A program made the translations under genes and the position numbers. A stretch of DNA of 64,000 nucleotides from Phoronis australis (Eukaryota; Animalia; Phoronida). The notes under the pieces were generated by a model. That model saw only the letters and a list, made by a program, of their open reading frames with translations. It did no database searches and was not told the origin of the DNA. The stretch spans positions 322,951-386,950 of the forward strand of contig NMRA01000383.1 of NCBI GenBank assembly GCA_002633005.1, written 5' to 3'. This document shows positions 1 through 12,693 of the stretch, piece after piece (the first letter of the stretch is position 1; every line of letters starts with the position of its first letter).

Positions 1-131
1 TCTGGCATATTATATAAGTGATTTTTCTGTTCTGAACTGGAGGACATTAACACCTGCGCTCAGTGGACTGGACGCAGGTGTGTTCTGAATACTGCCTGTC
101 AGAGCTAATGATTACCTGAGGTTCCAACTAA

Positions 132-760
132 TTTTTATGCGCCCACATTTTATATGTGGTCGCATATTGCCGTCATCTCTGTCTGAGCGTGCGGAGTCCG
201 CAGCTGTATCTCCTATTTAACCCCTTGCAGGATCGTATTGAAATTTGGCAGGTGTGTTCCTGGTGTTTTGGGGTCTACTAGAGAGGGCGACGTTGACTTT
301 GACTACTGTGGCGCCTCCTAGTGGCAGTTTTGTTTGTTTTTGCGCCCATGGCTGTATCTCCTAAACGTTCTACAGTATCTTTATTGAATTTAGCTAATGA
401 ATTTATATGAATTTGACAACAGACGACGACGACTTTCGGACAGATCGGTGTACCGGTGTGCCCCTTAGTGGCAATTTTAGTTTTTTTACGTTTATCGCTG
501 TATCTTCAAAGGTACTCAACAGATTTCCATAAAATTTGGCACATAGATATCCATTAGTGAGTTGACGCTAGCCATTCATTTTTGGATTGATTCAAGTTTT
601 TTTTCGCCACCTAGTGGCCATTTTTGTTGTTTTTGAGTGTGTTTTGTGGCGTTCGTCCCTTTGTCAACCAAACCACTCTAAGGATGATAGTGAAAGTTGG
701 CATGTATGTACTTTCTATGAAAGGGACTGTTGCCGATGATTTTCTGATGACTGACCAAAC
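132..760 (+). mobile_element. Helentron/HINE (DINE-1-like) non-autonomous element with internal ~147-bp tandem monomers
   Basis: Begins TTTTTATGCGCCCACAT..ATGTGGTCGCAT (subterminal hairpin), then a CTGT/GTCC-like tract. Monomers carry xxCCyyyTAGTGGC at ~311, ~459 and ~605. Reverse-complement homologue of 37683-39256. Confidence 0.6.
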
Positions 761-1029
761 CTTGATATCAAGCCTAACCTTTGAAACATATTGAAAAATG
801 TCATGAATATCATTATTTTTGTACCCTACAGAAAAAAAAAATAATTGGTTCTAGTGTGTAACCGACTTGAAAAAATGCCTGCCAGCATTAGTTTTAGCCT
901 AAGTGTGGTGCTTTTTTGAAAGCTGCACAAAAGCATGTAGGCAAAGTTTTAAACAAGATTTGAAATACCAGGATTTGTCAATCGATGAGTAAAAAGCAAA
1001 TCTATATATTACTTTTGCATGTCAGAATT

Positions 1030-2600
1030 TTTTATTCGCCTACATTTATATAATGTGGATGCACATTGTCGCCATCTGTGGCTGGTCATCTGATGTCCAC
1101 TACAGTATCTCCTCAACCCCTTGTGGGCTCTTATTGATATGTGACATATTTGTTGTTATGAACCAGACAACAGACGAGGAGTTGGAGACCCACTACTACT
1201 GTGTCCCATGTTTGGATGGCTCTAAGGTATTCTGCGCCATTTTGTAGTAGTCTTGGCATCCACCTCTTTATCTATGAAACCACTTGAAGGTCAATATGAA
1301 AATTGGCAGATGTGGCCGATGAGAGGATTATGGTTGGATTTGGTTTTTGAGTGTGTTTGGCTACTCTGGCGTCCGCTAGTTGCTATTTTGTTTTTGCGTC
1401 TGCGGCTGTATCTTAAACCCTCAACCATGTGAAAAAATTTGGTAGATGTACTCCCTCCGGAGGTGACAACAGTTGATGAGCTACAATCCTGGGTCCGACT
1501 TCCACTGTGTCCTTTAATGTCAAATTTAGTTTTCCTATGTTTATCGCTGTATCTTCAGAGTTTATTTTTGGATTTTCATCAAATTTGGCTAATTAGTTTC
1601 TATTATTGTAAGAAGACAATGGTGCGTTCCCGTTTTCAGCTAGATTTAAGGTGTTCTGTGCCACTTGAGTTGTCAGGTTTATTATTAAAAGTCCATTTTT
1701 TAGCCAAACCACTCAAAGGATCATTATGAAACTTAGCAGAAATGTCCCTGATATGAGGGCCATAGGTGATTTTCGTGCGGGTCTGACTACATTGGCGTAC
1801 CCTAGTGGTGATTTTGTCTTTTTGGGATCCTCATCTGTATCTCCGTAACCCTTTGCAGGCTCTATGTTTTGCAGTTAATATTACATCTATCTTCAACTTT
1901 TCAGCAACTCTGACTATTGTTATGTCCCCTAATTTGCAATTTTAGTTTTTATGTTTGTCCCTGTCATAATCTTCAGAGTTGCTTGGGGTTGTTATTTGTG
2001 AAATTAGGCAATCAATTTTCTGTTATGAAGATGACAGCACCATTTTGGGGTGGATTTGACATATTCTGCTCCACGTCATAGCATTTTTATTACTTTTGAG
2101 TTTGTTTTTTGTTGTGTGCCTCAGCGTCTGCCGAACTGGTCATCAAAAGAATCCTCCATCGACACCCTAAGCGTTCCAGATCAGGGAACCAGTTCCCTGC
2201 CTTGAAATCCACCGTTTACCTTCAAACAAATCTTCTAGCTCTAGACTATTACATGACTGAGGCTGCTGGTGTTCCACATTCTAGCTTGTGTGACTTGTTT
2301 ACCGTCAGTCTACACAGTCCAATGTGTGGCCAGCATTAAATAGTATTCTGCTTCTTATTAATTCTTGGCTGGGTGTGCAAGGTAATAGGCTGGCCCATAA
2401 ATCAGTGGGCAGTAGTTAGTGGAATTTGCGGTGAGCCAAGTGTCGTTACAATTCTTGGCATGTCATGATTATTTTGATAATTGGCTGATGGATTCCTACT
2501 GGCAAGAGCAGGACTGACTGTATTTTCATACGAGTCCAACTACTGTGGCGTCCCCTGGTGACAATTTTGTTGCAACTGCGACTATATCTTCGAAAGAATG
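1030..2600 (+). mobile_element. Second, more decayed copy of the same Helentron-like tandem-monomer element
   Basis: Starts TTTTATTCGCCTACAT..ATGTGGATGCAC, like the copy at 132. Degenerate monomers include GGCGTACCCTAGTGG at ~1794 and GGCGTCCCCTGGTG at ~2547. The right boundary is approximate. Confidence 0.5.
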
Positions 2601-2720
2601 CCACAGCACGGCCTCGATTTAAAAAAAGCAGACGTCAGAACACACTACGCTTTTTGACCTAATTTCGAGACAGTAGCTTTAATTTAACTAATCTGCTAAT
2701 CATCTCTTTTTTTCCTGCAG

Positions 2721-2974
2721 ACACGGGCCACTATCAAGACCGCAACTTTCTAGTGGGAACACAGGATATGATCAGTGAAGCGCTGTTTGATTACTCTGTC
2801 AATTTTTTCCCTCACGTGCCTGACAAGTTTGGCAAATTATTGCTACTGTTGTCTGAGGTCCGGCACATCGGCCTGCAACTGCATGGTATGCTGTACCAGC
2901 GCCTGATGGATAACGACATCGATCTAAATTCGTTGCTGGCGGAGTTACTTCAGGTGAAGATCGAGAGGCCATGA
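2721..2974 (+). CDS. Terminal coding exon of an NR5A/FTZ-F1-like nuclear receptor (ligand-binding domain helices 9-12), copy 1
   Basis: Acceptor TTTTTTCCTGCAG at 2720. Translation (D)TGHYQDRNFLVGTQDMISEALFDYSVNFFPHVPDKFGKLLLLLSEVR...NSLLAELLQVKIERP* aligns with the LRH-1/SF-1 C-terminus as recalled (VQEQVNAALLDYT..YPQQTEKFGQLLLRLPEIR..NNLLIEMLHAK). Upstream exons lie outside the window. Confidence 0.75.
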
Positions 2975-3960
2975 AATTAAAGACCCACGTCGTCAAGCCA
3001 NAGGTGATTTTCGTGCGGGTCTGACTACATTGGCGTACCCTAGTGGTGATTTTGTCTTTTTGGGATCCTCAGCTGTATCTCCGTAATCCTTTGCAGGCTC
3101 TATGTTTTGCAGTTAATATTACATCTATCTTCAACTTTTCAGCAACTCTGACTATTGTTATGTCCCCTAATTTGCAATTTTAGTTTTTATGTTTGTCTCT
3201 GTCATAATCTTCAGAGTTGCTTGGTTGTTATTTGTGAAATTAGGCAATCAATTTTCTGTTATGAAGATGACAGCACCATTTTGGGGTGGATTTGACATAT
3301 TCTGCTCCACATCATAGCCATTTTTATTATTTTTGAGTTTGTGTTTTTTGTCGTGTGCCTCAGCGTCTGCCGAACTGGTCATCAAAAGAATCCTCCATTG
3401 ACACCCTAAGCGTTCCAGATCAGGGAACCAGTTCCCTGCCTCGAAATCCACCGCTTACCTTCAAACAAGTCATCTAGCTCTAGACTATTACATCAATGAG
3501 GCTGCTGGTGTTGCACATTCTAGCTTGTGTGACTTGTTTACCATTAGTCTACACAGTCCACTGTGGGGCCAGCATTAAATAGTATTCTGCTTCTTATTAA
3601 TTCTTGGCTGGGTGTGCAAGGTAATAGGCTGACCAATAAATCAGTGGGCAGTAGTTAGTGGAATTTGAGGTGAGCCAAGTGTCATTACAATTCTTGGCAT
3701 GTCGTTATTATTTTGATAATTGGCTGATGGATTCCTATTGGCAAGAGCATTTCTGACTGTATTTTCATACGAGTCCAACTACTGTAGCGTCCCCTGGTGA
3801 CAATTTTGTTGCAACTACGACTATATCTTCTAAAGAATGCCACACCACGGCCTCGATTTAAAAAAAGCAGACGCCAGAACACACTACGCTTTTTGACCTA
3901 ATTTCGAGACAGTAGCTTTAATTTAACTAACCTGCTAATCATCTCTTTTTTTTCCTGCAG

Positions 3961-4214
3961 ACACGGGCCACTTTCAAGACCGCAACTTTCTAGTGGGAAC
4001 ACAGGATATGATCAGTGAAGCGCTGTTTGATTACTCTGTCAGTTTTTTCCCTCACGTGCCTGACAAGTTCGGCAAATTATTGCTACTGTTGTCTGAGGTC
4101 CGGCACATCGGCCTGCAACTGCATGGTATGCTGTACCAGCGCCTGATGGATAACGACATCGATCTGAATTCGTTGCTGGCGGAGTTACTTCAGGTGAAGA
4201 TCGAGAGGCCATGA
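3961..4214 (+). CDS. Terminal coding exon of an NR5A/FTZ-F1-like nuclear receptor, copy 2 (contiguous with 3'UTR)
   Basis: Near-identical to 2721-2974 with the same acceptor. Differs by Y>F, N>S and silent changes. Followed by unique sequence, the likely 3'UTR. Confidence 0.8.
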
Positions 4215-7200
4215 AATTAAAGACCCACGTCATCAAGCCAAAATCACACAATTTCAAACTTTAATACATCAAGTTATCGCCAGCGAATCTTTGTGTTGAA
4301 TGAATCAATGAACTTCTGCTTTCATTCCATGGTTTTTGTCTCGTGTTATTGGGAATGCCAACATCCCAAAAGATGGCGCTGCATGGTACTTCAACAGCGG
4401 GCAAACAGGTGACAAGTGTGCCATGCACAGAGTTGTGGACAAATGAATGGGAAGGTATTGTTCCATTCTTGCTTACAACTTAAAGCTCAAATTAAAAACA
4501 TCATTCCATTGAATATTTATGCTATGCCATGATGGAACAAGATTTCTGTCGGCCTACATTATTCTCTGTTTAAAGTTGTATACTTAACTCGTCTTGACAA
4601 GTTTGTAGAACACGTCAAGTAGACTAGAGTAGCTGCAGTACATGAGTAAATAATAATAAGACAAAGTGACGGGGAAATCCCCGTCATGACGATTGAGTGG
4701 AAACGAAATTCACCGTAGGAATTGGAACGGCCATAATGACTGGTTAGTCTCCATGGTGACGAGGAAACGGCGTTTTGTCACAACTTTTTGCACGCACTGC
4801 ACTTAGCATTCAATGTCGATGTCATTTCCTTTTCATATCAGAAATCAGGTGGTATCATAGCAGTTCTTGTTGTAGTTGTAACTGTATTCACTAGGTGGCG
4901 TTAATGAAGAATTGCTGTCACGAGGAAGTATCATTAACTTGTTAATGGTACCAGTTAACTCGTTTTTGGTACCCAGTCTTTTTCGTAGTGTCAAAACAGA
5001 TAGTTGGCACAGGACCATTTTGTAAGGAAATTGCAGAAGAACTATCACAGATAATGTAAACACGGATAACTTGCTGTGAAGATGACTTTTGAAATGAGCA
5101 GTGTGGACCATTAATTGGGTCAAACATCACAGAGAATCTGGAAATAGCAGATTGACCAGATGACGTTCAGTTTGGAGCATCGAGTTTCAAAGCAAGAGTG
5201 TGTGTTCTTGTGCAGTGATATCTTGTGAGGTGTTGGGAGCTCTTCCTAGGTACACGGTCCACACGCCTGCACTGTAATTGTACACTGTATGTTCAGTCTA
5301 AGGTAGAAATTGTGTTAGTGAAGAGGTTGAGATTCATAGAAAATCTGAACAACATTAGTTTGCCCAGTGTTAACACACATTTTTGTGTATGGAAACTAGC
5401 TAAACCAAGTTTAATTTTGTCAAACATCACAAAAAATAATGTAGACCACAACAGATTGTCCTCAGTGTCTAAATTTCTGTCTGGACCGAAAAAGTTTGTC
5501 CAGTAAACAAACAATTACCTGAAAAATGTTAATTCTTAATGTTCATGTTTTTCATATTGTTAATTATCTGTGAATACGGGTATACGGATGTTGACTTAGA
5601 AAGAAATAACAACCTGTTAGAAACGTTTGTTTTGCACAAGTTTAGAGGTAACTTCCATTTTGGTGTCGTTTCCAAATTTATTTGGAAAGCTTAGGTTAAA
5701 TTGTTAAATACTATATGTGTGTTAGGGTGCAATATTTGTGGATAACCGTTATTGGGAGTTTTATTATGTGATCTTTACTTCTTAAACAGAGCTTTGTGGG
5801 AGAATTAAAAATGAAGGAAGGGTCCCTTTTTAACCAGGTTTCTTGTCAATTTGACCCATCGCCAGGATAACGACTGATGGCTTAACTGACCAATCAGAAT
5901 GCAGCATTCTTGATACACCTTCGTGTGCGTTTCCAAGCTGCCATTTTACCCAGCAAACAATACGGTGTCGTGTAAAACTTATTGTAGTCTATATCTCAAG
6001 AACTTGCGTGATAAGGATGGGGATACAGTGTTGATATGGCGTGACGCGTTATTGTGATACCGTTATGCAGCTTGAGAAGAATATCCCGTCATCTTTTGGG
6101 CATCTCCTAAGCCGAAAAATGACGTCGAAAGGTTTGAAGTATGTATCAAAACTGCGAACCGCCACATACACGAGGAGCTGAACTTGCCAGTGTTGCTTGA
6201 TTACTCGATGGTTAAACACAAATATATTTTTTTCCGAAATTGAGAAATTCGATCGGCACAGGGAGGGGCACTGGATTACTGAACTCAAAGCCTTGTTCGA
6301 GCTATTGTCACGAAAAAATTAATAGAATTACTTTTTGATGAGAACCTCTAGTATACACTTTGCCTGTAGAGTTACAGAGAGCCAATTTTGAACTTGTAAA
6401 ATTTGATATTTAGATTTATGAAGCTTTAAAAAAGGAATTTGAGTAAATTATTTTTGTAAATAGACATTTTTGCCTCTGCACCAGACTTCATTGTCATTTT
6501 TGTAGCCATACCACAGTTTAATGATCATGCTATGTTTAAAAGTAAATGCAAGCTACCTTTATGCAGTGGAACTGCAAAAAAGGCGAAGTTCGTCAGAAGG
6601 TAAGCCTAACTTGATTGTCTTAATGGTGCAATTACCTGCATTAATTTGACTTGGACACAGCCCTACACCTAATGGAGCTAACTGCTTGCTGTGGACAAGA
6701 TGAGTGTGTACTTGAGCTATAAACCCAAGTTTTTTTAATCGAAATATTTTATTCGAAGATTAGATAAGGCGTAAACAGTGCTATCGACTCGACCTACTTT
6801 ACTCAGGGAGTCCCACGGGCAGTTGTGACCTACTTTTCATTTGGTGGAGAGAGAGAGAGAAACGCTTTTATTTACAATACATAATAATAAAACATTGATT
6901 AAAATTTGATTTCAATTAGGAGGCTTTCTAAAGGTTATTGACCGCTAATAAGAAGGTCCCCTGTACAAGACGAACAAATGGAAATGCAAAAATCAGTAGG
7001 AATACTTAAGAAAACAGTGAATTTTGCGGAGTTAAACAGACGACAGAATAAAAACATTGGTGAATCTTCACTGGTTTTGTTCGAAAGATCCTAAAATATA
7101 TGTCACCGTACAGATAATTCGACTTGGAGATACATACCCAGCTTTACATGAACATATCGCATCAGTGGCCTTAATTGCCATTTGTCAGGTGAAGGTGAAT

Positions 7201-9852
7201 CCCGTGTGGGGGTCTTCGGATTTTCGCTGGCTCAGAAATACTATTCCTTGAACACTTGTTTTTTCATCGTCTCCTTTGCAAATTCCCACATCAAAAACGT
7301 AGGATTCTCTGCTGAAAAGCATCGCCTGTTGTCTTTGTCGAAGTGTTTTCGGATAGTGCAAAAAACTTATCGATTCCACTAGGAACGTCGTTTAGCGACA
7401 GTGTATTTGCCCGTGGCATCTTGTTTGTTTGTCGGGTGTCTCGTGACTTTTCGCAAGGGGGCGGAACTTGCGATAGATCAATTGTGGAATCCATGCCTGT
7501 CACGGTTTTAGTTCTGTTGAATAGCCTCCCGAGGCTAATTGTTTATTGTTTTTGTTATTGTAATTAAAGCGTTTGTTTTATTTAAACTGCATAATTATTT
7601 AGATAACAATCAAAATGACACGTATCACATTGTACTCATTCAGGTTACACCTGTTACAAGCTTAATGCCCATCACCTAGATATATATATTCAGGACATCC
7701 AGATTGACGTGCTAAGAGCTTTTGGGAAATCAATGAGGGGGCGCTGGAAAGCATGATTGTCGGCGTTAACCTGAAGTGTCAATTGTTCATGTGAAACCGA
7801 TTTTAGCAAACTAGTATATTACAATGATCCATTTTGCACTGTTGGTATGAAATTGGAGGTGGTGTTCAGCTGAGCAGTTACGGGAATTCCTGGTGGTTAT
7901 ATTTTTAATCAGGTGTTTATAGTGTATTGGTGGGGGCTCTTCGCATGTTTTGAAAGTGGTGGAACCACCAGCGATTAGTTGGTATGTGAACAGGGTTTTT
8001 ATCATGAAATTACCCATGTTGGCATGTGAACAGGGTTTTTGTCATCAAATTTCCCATGTTTGCAAGCTTAAAAGTTGCACATTGCCCTGTTTAGATGGCT
8101 AAGAACCTGGTCTTGCAATATTCTTTACCGCCATAGTGTTCTCAACTTCCGTATTTTAGCCAGCTTAACAGAGGGAGAGGCAGATTGAATGTAATTTCAA
8201 GGTTATAGATATGTCTTTCTGATAGATGTTGGTATTGTGAAGTTATTTTTGATATGAACCTTTAGGCATTGATCTGTCAACTTAAGTGACGTAAAAGTTG
8301 ATTATATCTTCAGGTATATGTGTGTGTGTGTGTTTTAGTATCAGCAAAATATAGAGAGTGAAATAATGCAATTGACCACTGGAAGCAGCCTCTGAGGAAA
8401 GTCAGAAATAAGGAGTAATTGTAAATCTAAGCAATCTATAGTTTATTTGGTGCAAAGGATGGATTGGAAGCGTGGTTCATGTTAACGCATCACCCCAGGG
8501 TGCAGTCAGTAGAAATTGTTGTAGAGACCCCTTAAGGGAGCGTTCACACATTATGTTATCACTCGAGGGGAGGGAGGGGGCATTGGAAAAGATGATTTAT
8601 GAGGAGGAAGGTGGATTAAAGTGATTGTGGCTTATTAGAATATCTCCATCACAGTATGATTTGAACTTTAAAATGCTGTAATTTATTTCATTGCCGAATG
8701 TAACATTGGCAAGTGCAACTTACTATTATAATAAAGACATTAGTTGGTCGTTAGAATGATGAAGATGAAATCTCTAATGAATTGCCGGTTCTTCCAAAAC
8801 GGGGTTGGCTGTGATAACGTTATTAGGGGCTGGGCATAATTGCATGTGATGACAGAGGGGGTGAAGGGCAAAAAGTCCCTTAAGCGCCACGTGGTGACAT
8901 GTCGCCTGAACCCAACATGCACCAAGCGGCATTGTCGTTATCATGAGACAACGCACGGCCTGCATTCACTAATCATCCTGTTTTCTAACCTTTGACACTT
9001 CTGTAACATATTAAGTTTTTTTCTGAAAAGACTTGTTTTTAATATTACTTTCAACAAAAGTTTCAATTGTGAAATGTTGTGCAAACTATGTTGCGTCTTA
9101 GATGCGACAGAGGTTTTGCTAGATCTTGCCCGCTAGCCTAATTTTCAGTTTTTAATGGGTCAATATAGTGTGTCATATTCGAAAGAGTTAACACAGTCAT
9201 TTTCTTACATGGGAATAAATGCCTCTAAGGTAGTGTACCATGGACCCCAAAACCCTGCCCTTTGGAAGTATATCCTTTCAAAACATGACCTTAAGAGTGA
9301 ATTTTCCACAAAACGGATGGTAATAAACTAGTGAAATTCATTTTGATCAAAATCATACCCTTAGTTCATTACATGCTCAGGCCTAAAATGTGACCCTTTC
9401 GCATGAAATTTTCTTAAAACATATACATACCCGAGTTTCTGGTAACTGCTCCACCAGGTCAATACCATGACCTTAGCTATACTGCAGCACCTTATAGCAA
9501 ACTTAAAAGGATACTATACTAAACCCGTTTTAACTTTAACCTATCGTTTGTCTCCGGCTAATTCAACATTAGCTTCTTAGTCAGTGAGTGATAATTAAAA
9601 GCAGCATTTAACTTAAAAATCACTCACTGTGGCACAGAAGGGATATTGTTGTTTTTGGTGGGTGGTATGTTCCCACTATTGTTTAAGTCAAAGGTCGCAC
9701 TTGCCGATCTGGCAGACCTAAGGCATTTTCACCTTCTTTTTTAAGGGTTGAGGAATGCTAGAGAGCATTATGTTGTTTTATAGAGCTGGATGGGAAAGTT
9801 ATAGATCTGTTTATAGGTCAAAACCAGGTTCAGTATCTTATTAAATATGGGG

Positions 9853-10234
9853 GTTTTCCGCAGATAAGCCCATGGGCGGGTATTCGGCAAATGAGAAATT
9901 TTCAGGCATTTCATTAACACTAAACAAACACCAGGGCGTATGTTCAGAAACGGGGGTGTGTAAACGGACAGTCATAGCCTCGGTTGGCATGGAAATATCA
10001 GCGATTTTTTAATAAATACATAGTTCACCAGTACTTTTATAAATGATAAGTGCTCCACAAAACTGAATTTATGGCTATGTTTTGGTGCTGTGTGGGCTTT
10101 TAAGAGGACATTTTCCTAATAAATGCCCCACTATCTAGACACCAGAGGCTGTAACACCAAATAAATGTCCGTAGGCATAATTTTCCGACTAAGCGCCCAT
10201 GGGGTTTTCATCGGGTGGGCTTATCTACGGAAAA
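9853..10234. mobile_element. MITE with terminal inverted repeats (TIRs)
   Basis: TTTTCCGCAGATAAGCCCA ... TGGGCTTATCTACGGAAAA. Homologous copy at ~41078-41500. Confidence 0.7.
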
Positions 10235-11575
10235 TTCCAATATTAATTAGAGATGAAAATTTGCCATTAAAAATTGAGCATTTCTTTTTATTAAATGAAG
10301 AATTTGAACTAATTTATCTTGAATTCAAAACGCCCAAAATATTTTTGATAGCTTGCCACAAATGTTCTACTGTGAAGATAACTACATGAGTAGGGGCAGG
10401 GGACAGTATGTGTATTGTGGTGGGGATTTCAAAAACCAAGCTGACTGCAGACTGTTAAGTTTCTCAGAGGCTGTTATTCAGAGACTAGAATTTTTTTGAT
10501 TTTTTGAGATGTGTGGATCAAAAGTAGATCCTTTCAGTGCGTATGTATTTCCATGTTTTTTAAATTTCAATGGAAGTCCATGCGTGCCATTTTCAAGCTC
10601 AAGTGTTGACCTACGGTTTACCTACCATGGCAAGGAAAATTGGAAATTGATTTTATAAGGCCAGAGTCGATTTTTTGGTTTTAAAAGCTAAACATGCAGT
10701 TGATACATGATAACATATGTAGCGTTAGCACGTACTACTAGTACTAGATGATCGCTTTCTTTCATGTACATAACTAACAATTGACAATGTGGCTTGAAGG
10801 TCGAAAACAATACTGGTGATCTTAACTGCCATTTCTAGATAAGCTTGTATTTAGCTCTTAAACGTCTACCAAGAAGTGGCAGGAAATATGTTGGAACGTG
10901 CCATATCCTAGCCATGGTTAGATGGCATAGGTTTTCCATGTCACTCTGTACGTTGATACTTAGTGGAGAAGTAGATATGATTTAATTTTAGAAGTGTAGT
11001 TTTTCAGTATTTGCACCATTTTGGATAATTATGTTCACAGTAGGACTATGTTAAGTCCCGTATTTGTCTTGTGTCATTTGTTCTTTTGTTCATTCTGAAT
11101 ATTTATATCAGATGTATTATATGATTAGGCATTGCAAAACATTGAACAGATGTATTTTCTGACATATCGTTACATGTCACTAATCGTGTCGCTGCACTGA
11201 ATGTCTGTTGTTTGTGACATCACATCACCTTGGTGTGCCAAGAATGAAATTTGTAATTGCATGCGCACATGTGCCATTTTGATGTAAAAAATGTTGGAAG
11301 TTTACTTTTTAATAAATTTTGGGCTGCATTGTGTACATAGTTACTTTATTTAATTTTAATAAAACCGTAATGATCAAATTTCCAAAACGTGCAATAACTC
11401 TGACACATCGTTCTATATCACAAAAAGCTAACAAGTAGTTGTGGTTGACCGCAGTACTGGATTTTTTGGCAGGGGATCAGTTGACCACTGACCGCCCTCA
11501 GTCTCGTCAGTCTGCATCTTTAAGTTTATCCACACTGAAATCTTCCCATAATGCAGTTCAGGGCTGGATTTAGCA

Positions 11576-12136
11576 CTCGCTGGTTCCCTACGTGCCTAGC
11601 CAGCTCACAGGTATCACGCAGTGGCACGCGCTTTAGCATTGGTTGATGTAACCTCAGCAGTCATTGGTTAACTTTACAACACAGAGAATATGGCGGACTG
11701 GGAACGATTTTTAGCCTTGTCATGCAAGTGGCGTCGCAGCAACTATTTCGTTTCTGCAGTGATGTTTAATATCCGCATGCTTGAAGCACATACATGTTAC
11801 ATACATGCACAGTAAACACATATCTGGCCGATTTAACTGTGTGTAATTAATACTGTATGAATGTAGGGCAGTATTGTAATCAGAAGTCATCGACAGTAGA
11901 AAGATGCACTCCGAAAAGGCGCAACCACAATTTCTAGGATTCACATTTCCTGCCCAACAGACCACATCATACACTTCAGTCCATCATTCATGCCAGTATG
12001 TGTGCGTAAAGCGCTGCCTGTTGAGAATTCGAATATCCATACAGAAACACCGGTGTAAAAAAATTTCACGAGGAAAATTAAGTGATACCTGCGTGCTGGC
12101 TACCTACCACCTTGCGGCACGCAGGGAACCAGCGAG
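11576..12136. mobile_element. Non-autonomous DNA transposon with 9-bp TSD (Mutator/MULE-like)
   Basis: TIRs CTCGCTGGTTCCCTACGTGCC / GGCACGCAGGGAACCAGCGAG. Exact flanking direct repeat GATTTAGCA at 11567-11575 and 12137-12145. Confidence 0.85.
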
Positions 12137-12319
12137 GATTTAGCAACCTGCGGGTTGTCAATGCCACTGCAGACTGTGTGGAAATCTGATAAAAATCCCA
12201 GATCACCAAGCCAAGTCTGTGCACACAGTCAACATTCAGCAAGTAAAAGGGAGGAAGCCAGCTTTGTTCAGTAAAATCAGAAGGACCTGTGCACAGGACA
12301 CTAGATCCATGGTCACAAA

Positions 12320-12417
12320 CATGACTTGTGGTTAGTCATGTGACTTGTGGTTAGTCATGTGACTTGTGGTTAGTCATGTGACTTGTGGTTAGTCATGTGA
12401 CTTGTGGTTAGTCATGT
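12320..12417. repeat. Minisatellite, 19-bp unit x~5
   Basis: (CATGTGACTTGTGGTTAGT)n. Confidence 0.9.
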
Positions 12418-12693
12418 TTTGTGAGTCATTCAATGTGTTGGCTGATCCGAAATGAGTTAACTGGTCTGTGAGCCGTGTTTGTAAGTGAGACGCTTTGTTT
12501 ATAGGTACAACAGCTGTGTCATTTGGGTAACCTGACGTTCCTTCCTTCAACATCGTACAGTGACAAAAGTAAAATACAAAACAGTTGACAGTTGACCAAA
12601 CATCCAAAAATAAATGAATTAATAAATTAAATGTTAATGAATATCAACTTTCGAGAGGTCAAATGAACACACAGACATCGTTGAGAAAACGTG

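Larger units (their letters stand above)
1764..4240. repeat. ~1.24-kb near-identical direct duplication separated by a single N (probable uncollapsed haplotypes)
   Basis: 1764-3000 matches 3002-4240 with scattered SNPs and indels. The junction is exactly the N at 3001. Confidence 0.9.
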
